Positions 56,523-64,000 of a DNA stretch of 64,000 nucleotides are shown in pieces. The stretch's first letter is position 1; every line of letters starts with the position of its first letter. The notes below the pieces were generated by a model that worked only from the letters and a program-made list of their open reading frames with translations, was not told the DNA's origin and did no database searches. Source of the stretch: the human T2T-CHM13v2.0 reference genome, Homo sapiens; the NCBI RefSeq assembly GCF_009914755.1, contig NC_060929.1; one strand, 5' to 3'. Made by a program: the position numbers and the translations under genes.

Positions 56523-58751
56523 ATATCTAAAACCTTATGTAGTGCAGCAAAGTAATTTATGTCCCAGATTTTTAGAATGATCCCTTAGTGTCTTGGTATT
56601 TATGTGAAAAATTTGTTTTTGTTTTTTTTTTTTTAATCAGAACTTCTTATAGGACTATTTCCTGCAATACTTACTAATGGGAAGTATTTTCATTGAGCAT
56701 TCATGAACTTTTTTGCACAAAATAGAAGATCAAGAAATGTTAATTCAATTTAGTTTGACAGAATAAAGGGTACAATCACATAGTTCTCAACCCCCTGAAT
56801 ATGAAGAGATTAGAAATGATAGCCTCTTAAAAGTCAAATAATGTGTCCATAATGAAACCAGAAAAATTACTTGCCTACTAGCATTTAAATAACTCTCAAG
56901 AGTTACATAATATTTTTCCACTTAAAAAAATTAGAAAGCATAATGAGTAAAGCATCTGCCAGATTTCTTATGTCCCAGCTGATACCTCAATCTTCCAAGG
57001 GGCTAGTTTCTCATTCCTATATAATTCTTTACTCATAATTCTATCTTTTGTCTTTCTTTGAAAGATGTTTTTTTTTTCTGAAACAATCCCACCATGGTTA
57101 ACAGATGCCACTGTGTACACAAACATCTCAGTCCTCAAAGTTATAGGAAGATCAGTATTCTGTCTTCTTGAGAAATGCTTTCCCCTCAGCCCAACAGTAT
57201 ATTTCTGTTGTCATGCAAAACCCAGTCTAATCAACCTAAGACAAACATATGGAAAAATACATCATAGATTTCCAGATGAATTCTTGCATTTTATCTGGAA
57301 TCAATCTATGTAACAAATATAAGTGTTGATATTTTTATAAAGACTATGTTCACCATGAACTACAAAGAAAAAGGAGTTCTAAAAGGCATGAATCCATGCA
57401 TTCATATCCAGGAATTATTTCCACATTTAGCAACTACTTCTCCCATGCAAAGATTTTACCAAATCATTGTCTAAAATTGTCTCTTTTTGTTCTACAAAGA
57501 AAAGTGGATTCCCACCTTAAAGTTGCTTGGTGGGAATTTGCCTCAATTCAGTTCCTATTCTCCATTTCCTTTAATATTCTCCTCACCTCTCTAACAGGAC
57601 ACTGGAAAAGGAAAACAATACTGTTTGGGCCAATAGCATTGAAAAAAAGAGTTGTAAAATGATTACTTAATATGGACAGTTCAAGTGAAAGAAGTGGAGA
57701 CTCTTGCATTTTTGAACTGCTTTTCATTTCTCATTATACATGACCTACTTCAATCAGCTTCGACCTTTGAAATTTTGTCCCCTAACACAGCTAAAATAAG
57801 GTCTCTTCCTTTTTCTCTCTCCTTCTCTGCAGCCCTGTTAGATAAAGTCTCACTTTGGGTTGCTGTCCAAGAAGTTCTTAGTTAATTGCATGTAATTATG
57901 CTGCATCCTACTTTCAAATGCTAGAGCAATTTCTTGTATCCTTGTAATACAATATGACTGAAAGCTCCAATAGTTGTAGCGTCCCAGTGAGTGGCTCCCT
58001 TCCCTTCTGAGGGTTTTATAATGCCAGAGGACTTTGCTGAGTGGCAGTGATCTTTAAGTATAAGGCAAGACATTGAGATAAATTAGTAATAGCAGCTACT
58101 GACAGTGTTCCCTTGGGCCCTGCTCAGGTCTTTGCCAAGGGGCCACATCACTAAGCCAGTGACACTCCTCCTTCAGACGTTAAAGATAAATAAATGATCA
58201 GGTCAGTCAGCTGGCAGCTGGCATGTTCATCCTATCTGGTAGGAAGATTTTTATTGTAATGCAAACTTCAAAATTAAAAAAACAAAATGTCATCTGGGGC
58301 CAGAGTCGATTTTTTGGAATTTCTTGCGTTCATTGTGTTGTACTGTCTTTAGAGTAAGTCTACTTTTATTTTAAGAGGTATAGTGCCTTCTAGCGGACTG
58401 GAAATTCTCTTCAGCTAGTTCAAACCTTACATAGCTGGAGACTCAAGCATATCCTGATACTCATCACACTAAGCAAAGCAATCTCAGGTCATTTAGAAGA
58501 ATTTTGATTTGTATCTGTATTTTGGCTGAGAGGCAAAGGGAAATCTATTGATGTTTGGGCACTTTAATTTTTTTAAAAACCTAAGCAAGAACTTAATAAT
58601 CAAAAATCATTCTGTCTCGCTTGTAGAATCCTGAGTTCAGGAAAGAGACATTATATCATACTCATCCCAAAAACTCAGTAGTTTGTTGCTGAGACATTGT
58701 TATCCCTTTGGAAGTCAGGATTGCCAGTTCAGCGCTTGGGAAGTCATTTAA

Positions 58752-59112
<361 letters not shown>

Positions 59113-59901
59113 AAAATCCTCCCTTTCAATTGGAGTCCCTCCTCCAAATTCCTCCTATGTAGACATTCTGGAGCCTCTTACAAAATATCTGCATTTTCTG
59201 TTGATTGGTATTTTATTAATAGAGATGCTCCCTAGCATTAGATAAAATATTTTTCCTCACAGAGTCTTATTTTGCTAATTTGTAAAACAGGAATAATTCA
59301 TTCATGTGTTCAACAAATTAATGGAGTAGCACCACATGCCAGGTACCAGGCAAGACACTGAGGAATGAAAGCCAAGTCACCTGCAGTAAGAGCTTTCCTA
59401 GGAACTCACAATTGGGGATGACAATACCAGCCTTATAGAAGTGTCTTTAAAACTAAATAGAGAAAACTGTGTGAAAAATGTTACACACTCAGCCCACAGT
59501 AGCAGCTTTTAAACAACAAAAATGTATTTTGTTTTACTTTTCGAAAACCAAATCTCTTTCAGAAGAACCTGTTGCACTGGTATATACACCACAAACTCAG
59601 TGTTTCTTCAAACAGATATTTGAAATGGTTTTAACCAGAACTGTAACATAAATTTCAAATCTCCAAACCCTGGCCACACATTTCTAAAACGTCTGCCTCA
59701 GTATTTTAAGATTCAAACACCCCTACAAAAGGCCAGTGACTCTTACAAAACCTAGAAAACAAAATTCTGAAATGAAGAAAGTGAAAAAATGTATATATTC
59801 TAGAGGTATTTATTTCTAAAGGCAAGTCAGCATCTACACAGATCAGTACTGACAACTGGCTTTCAAATACTCTGTGAATGTTCTAAGTTATTATTGTTTC
59901 C

Positions 59902-59994
59902 CTTCTGCCCCATTGTCATAGGGCCATTAGACAAATCAGGCTTCTGCCCCATTGTCATGGGCCATTGGAGAAATCAGGCCATTGGAGAAATCAG
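59902..59994. repeat. Nested tandem duplication (39/38-bp unit plus sub-duplication)
   Basis: cttctgccccattgtcat(a)gggccatt(a/g)ga(c/g)aaatcagg x2, then ccattggagaaatcag. Confidence 0.9.
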
Positions 59995-60499
59995 ACTCAT
60001 TGGCTCCAAGTTATCTGGAACAATCACAGGCCTAGTATGGGGCTGAAGGACAGGTGAAGAAAGGAAGAACAAGGTTCCCTCTCCTCTTTGCAGACTTGCT
60101 GGGGCTTGGCAGTCAGTTGTGTGACATTGAGTCAACTATTTAACTTTCTAATCATCACTTTCCCCATCTCTGATGTGAGAGCAGTCATTGTATGTTCCTC
60201 ATGGCATTGACAGGAGGACAGAGTGGGACTCAACACCTATCTGCCATACACCTGCTTATTTAGGGCTCTCATAAAGACCTCACAGGCATATTTGTCTTCT
60301 TTGCAGGGATGTTCTCTATAATAGTCCCCTAGCAACAACAACAACATCACCATCACCATCACTGTCATTTACATGCTGCATAATGGAGATTCACTGAGCA
60401 TCTTCTGAGCAGAGAGGAGACCCAAGCAAAAAATAAAGAGAACTAAGCCTGAGACTTTCTGAAGCTTGTTAAAAAGTACAATAAAAAAAAACAAAAGTG

Positions 60500-60700
60500 A
60501 TCATTAGTAGGGCATTTATTATGTGATAGTCAAGGAACTAAACACTTTTTATCCACTGTGTCTTCTTCAGTTCTCCCACCAGCCATCCTATGAGGAAGAT
60601 GCTATTACTACCTCACATTTTAGAAATCAGATAACTAAGGATTAGAAAATAAAATTACTTGTTTAATGTCACGCTGCTAGAAGTGGCAGAGCTCTCAGTG
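60500..60700 (-). mobile_element. MIR
   Basis: ccatcctatgaggaagatgctattactacctcacattttagaaatcagataactaagg. Confidence 0.65.
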
Positions 60701-62629
60701 CCAAGCCTGCAACCTCCACAAAGAGGAGAAGAAATAGTGTACCTCTTTCATTCACCCAAATCCCAGCCCTCAGGTGTAAGAGAGGCCAGAAAACTTGCCA
60801 AGTCTGATAACTCAAGGAAGTCTCATTTTCTGATTTTTTGTAATGTAGAGTCTACGCTTCTTTCCTTTCCCTCACAAAGCATCCTCACCATCTACTCAGA
60901 AGGTAAAGACAGTTAACTACTAAGCAAAACAGAAGTCAGGTAAATAAATTTTTAAAGATGATATAGCCTTATTTTTAGTAAGTATTTTTCTTGGGGTTAA
61001 TGGGCACAATCTTGGTCTGGGAATAAAGCCACGTAATTAAAAGATTCCCTTGCCTCTTTAATTTTTTTTTCTTTTTTCATTGTATCAAAGACAGTAGATA
61101 CAAAAGAAAGACACTTAGAAGGAGCCAGCTGTGTGTCTGTCATCAGCCTGAAAGCTGGGATTGTAGACCCCAAGTTGCAGACAGAGTACGGCGTGTGATT
61201 AAGGGAATGTCCTGCCTCTTTGATGTGAGTCCAAGGCAGAGGAGTTCCACCAGAGAAAAAGGTGGGAGCTCAGGGGCTTGCCTTGAACAGGCAACAAAAT
61301 CAGATGAATAGCTGAAAGTAGCTAACTTTGGCAGAAGACATGGTACAAAAAGGCCTTCATCACAGCACGGCAAAATGCACCACATAGAAGGCCTACCTCT
61401 TTATAAAGACACAAGCTCAGCTGATGTGCATGATTCTGGCAACTGACACAGAAAGAATGTTTGTCCTTAAGCTGAAATTTGAAACAAATGTTCACTCTTT
61501 TCTCCAAGGCACACTCAGGAAAGATATTGTGATCTTTCTTTCCATGTATAAGGAAAAGGAAGCATACAAACAGAATGATGTTTGTCCCAAGCCCACATAA
61601 CAGTCAGTATCAGGAAGACAATAAAAATATATGTGCCTCTGGCTCCCAGAATACTGGAATATTTGGAAAATAACAAGGTGAAGCTTGCCACCTATTTCCT
61701 TTCTGTGAGTCAAAAATAGAAAATGCAAAATTATGACATAGACTCCATTCTAATAATACAAACACCAACTCTATATTTTATGCTTATATAAAAATTAAAC
61801 ATTAAATTTAAATATTTAAATTCCCTCTATGGATTGCCATGTGAATAATATATTTAAAGGTGCTAATGCATGATATAAGCATAATAATTACCTAATAATT
61901 AATATCACAAATTCTTGTTTATTTTATGATCAGATCCTTCTAGTGGCCATTTTGGCTATTGTGTGAATATCTTTAATATAACAAATAGTTTTAATAAGCC
62001 ATTTATTGTCATATAATTATTCATAATAAAGAATCACTGAGTATTTAACTATGTATCAGAAAATGTAATGAATACAAATCTACCCTCACTTGGCCCTGAA
62101 ATTTCTTGAAATCGAAATGTCTTCAAAGTTACTCTTAAATTGTACAATAGAAGAATCTAAAAATTTTACAATTTCTATGGAGCTCAAAATGGCTAGTCAC
62201 TGATTTTCAAAGGTGATGTGGCTTGGCTTTGAGATGAGAAAGAATCCCACAGTCATGGCCATTAGAGAGAGTGAAGAACCTAAAACACTCTTCAAAGGTT
62301 TAGAATTTTGACTGCAGCAACTGGTAGCCTCAAGCATTACAAAGGGAGATCAAGTGGCAGTGTCTTCAACTAACAAAACACAGAAGAGGAGAAGTCCAGC
62401 ATTTTAAGAATTATCTAAGAGCTGATTTAATCCTAAAGGAAAACACATGTCCTCTCTTTGGCTCGAAATCAATGTACTTGTCATATCTTTGTGATCCCTG
62501 ATGACAACCAAGAAGTTCCAAAGGATGATTCCACACAATCATGAAGTCAATGCATCGAAAAGGCACTTTACTTCTTAGGCACTGAGTCTACTCAAAGACA
62601 TCGTGAAGTTTTTTAAAAAAAAAGGCTGA

Positions 62630-62835
62630 AAGATCATAAAAATAGAAAATAGAATGGTTATCTCCAGAGGTTGGGGAGAGGGAGAAATGGGGAGTTTAAG
62701 GGATATAGATTTTTCATTTTGCAAGATGAAAAAGTTCTGGAGTTTGTTAATTGCATGACAATGTGAATATATTTAACATTATTGAACTGTACACTTAAAA
62801 ATGTTACAATGGTAAATTTTATGTTCTATGTATTA
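62630..62835 (+). mobile_element. L1MA/MB 3' end fragment
   Basis: tagaatggttatctccagagg...gcaagatgaaaaagttctggag...tgaactgtacacttaaaaatg. Confidence 0.8.
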
Positions 62836-63294
62836 TGAATCTTTTTAATTGGCTAAATGAGAAAGTCTTAATTCAGTGTGAAGTTCAGGAACTACATTCA
62901 AAAGTTTGTTTATATCTTTTTCAGAAAAGCTTTAGAGATGCTCAATTGGGCAAAAGTTTTCAGTATTTTTCTAGAAACAAATTCTATAAGCTTGCGGGCA
63001 AATGATATATTTGTTATAATACCTTGAACCTTCATGCTATTGAGTATATTATGCTAGAATAACACAAGATCTGTCTTTCATTTGGTGGACCAGAACATTC
63101 GTAAACATTTTCCTGCTAACCAGTTTCTCCTCTAGCATTCTTATATCCTCCAGACAAAGTCACCTGGCCTAGAGAATTACCCATAAATCTTTTTTAAGAT
63201 TGCATCTCCTTTTACAATGCAACTCTGTGTAAAATTTCTCATCTTTACCTTCATAACTCCTCTGTGACAGGAAGACAGAGGATGAATTGTTTTA

Positions 63295-63490
63295 AGCTCT
63301 CTATACATATTAATTTATTCTCATAAGAAGCCTATGAAATAGATACTAGTAAAGGTGATTAAAACTGAGGCACATTGGGGTTAAAAAAAACTTACTAAAG
63401 TCTTTCAGTTAGAAAGATGTGGCACCAGAATTCAAACCCGCAAGTCTGACCCACATATACTCTATGCCTGTTACACTACACCTCTGCTGA
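63295..63490 (-). mobile_element. MIR
   Basis: gcctatgaaatagatact...aaactgaggcac...ccagaattcaaaccc. Confidence 0.65.
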
Positions 63491-64000
63491 TGAAAGTAAA
63501 TGGGAAACCTACACAGAAAATAATTTCAGAGACGTCACAATTGTACTAGTCCATACTTTTCAGAAAATAAAACAGAAAATGAAAAGCAACCTTAACTTCT
63601 GGAAGTGATTAAAAATGGAACTGATGAAGCTCTCATCCTAAAAGCAGGAACGTCATCTCTTACATTCTCTTGCTGCTTTCATGTGCTTACATATTGTCTC
63701 ACACCATAGTTTAATTTCAGGAATCTTTTAAATCTATATATCCATTTTGTGGGGGTTAACTTAGACCAGATAATATGAACCATAAGTATATATAACTGTA
63801 TGCACATAAACCTCCATGCTCCACAATACACCAAAAGCAACAAAATAAATGGTAACACCATTGTCAAATCCCCCCACACCCATGTAGTTAAACTCCCACT
63901 TATCCCTTGCAATACTTTATGATTATATGACATCCGGCCATCTGATATATAATCAGGGTAAGCATTCCAGTGTCAATTTGGATACTAAATAGGAAAAAAA

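Overview
This window is mammalian and almost certainly primate (human-like) non-coding genomic DNA, not prokaryotic. It is dominated by interspersed repeats: four Alus, a decayed full-length ~6.4 kb primate L1, several truncated L1s, MaLR LTRs and internal segments (MST/THE1/MLT1), a PABL-like ERV1 solo LTR, hAT/Tigger DNA-transposon fossils, MIR/L2 relics and microsatellites. I find no credible host protein-coding exon, structural RNA gene or CRISPR array. The ORF track is explained by L1 ORF1/ORF2 fragments, Alu translations and chance ORFs. I cannot support a previously undescribed biological system here. The most notable signals are small-scale DNA rearrangement scars: 37-160 bp paired duplications 1-2.3 kb apart (one a mosaic with inverted pieces) and fold-back hairpins replacing L1 consensus sequence. 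There is also a minus-strand bias of L1/Alu/LTR insertions, hinting at a plus-strand transcription unit, and candidate enhancer/CTCF elements. Subfamily names come from recalled consensus sequences and need RepeatMasker/Dfam confirmation. Boundaries of old repeats are approximate.
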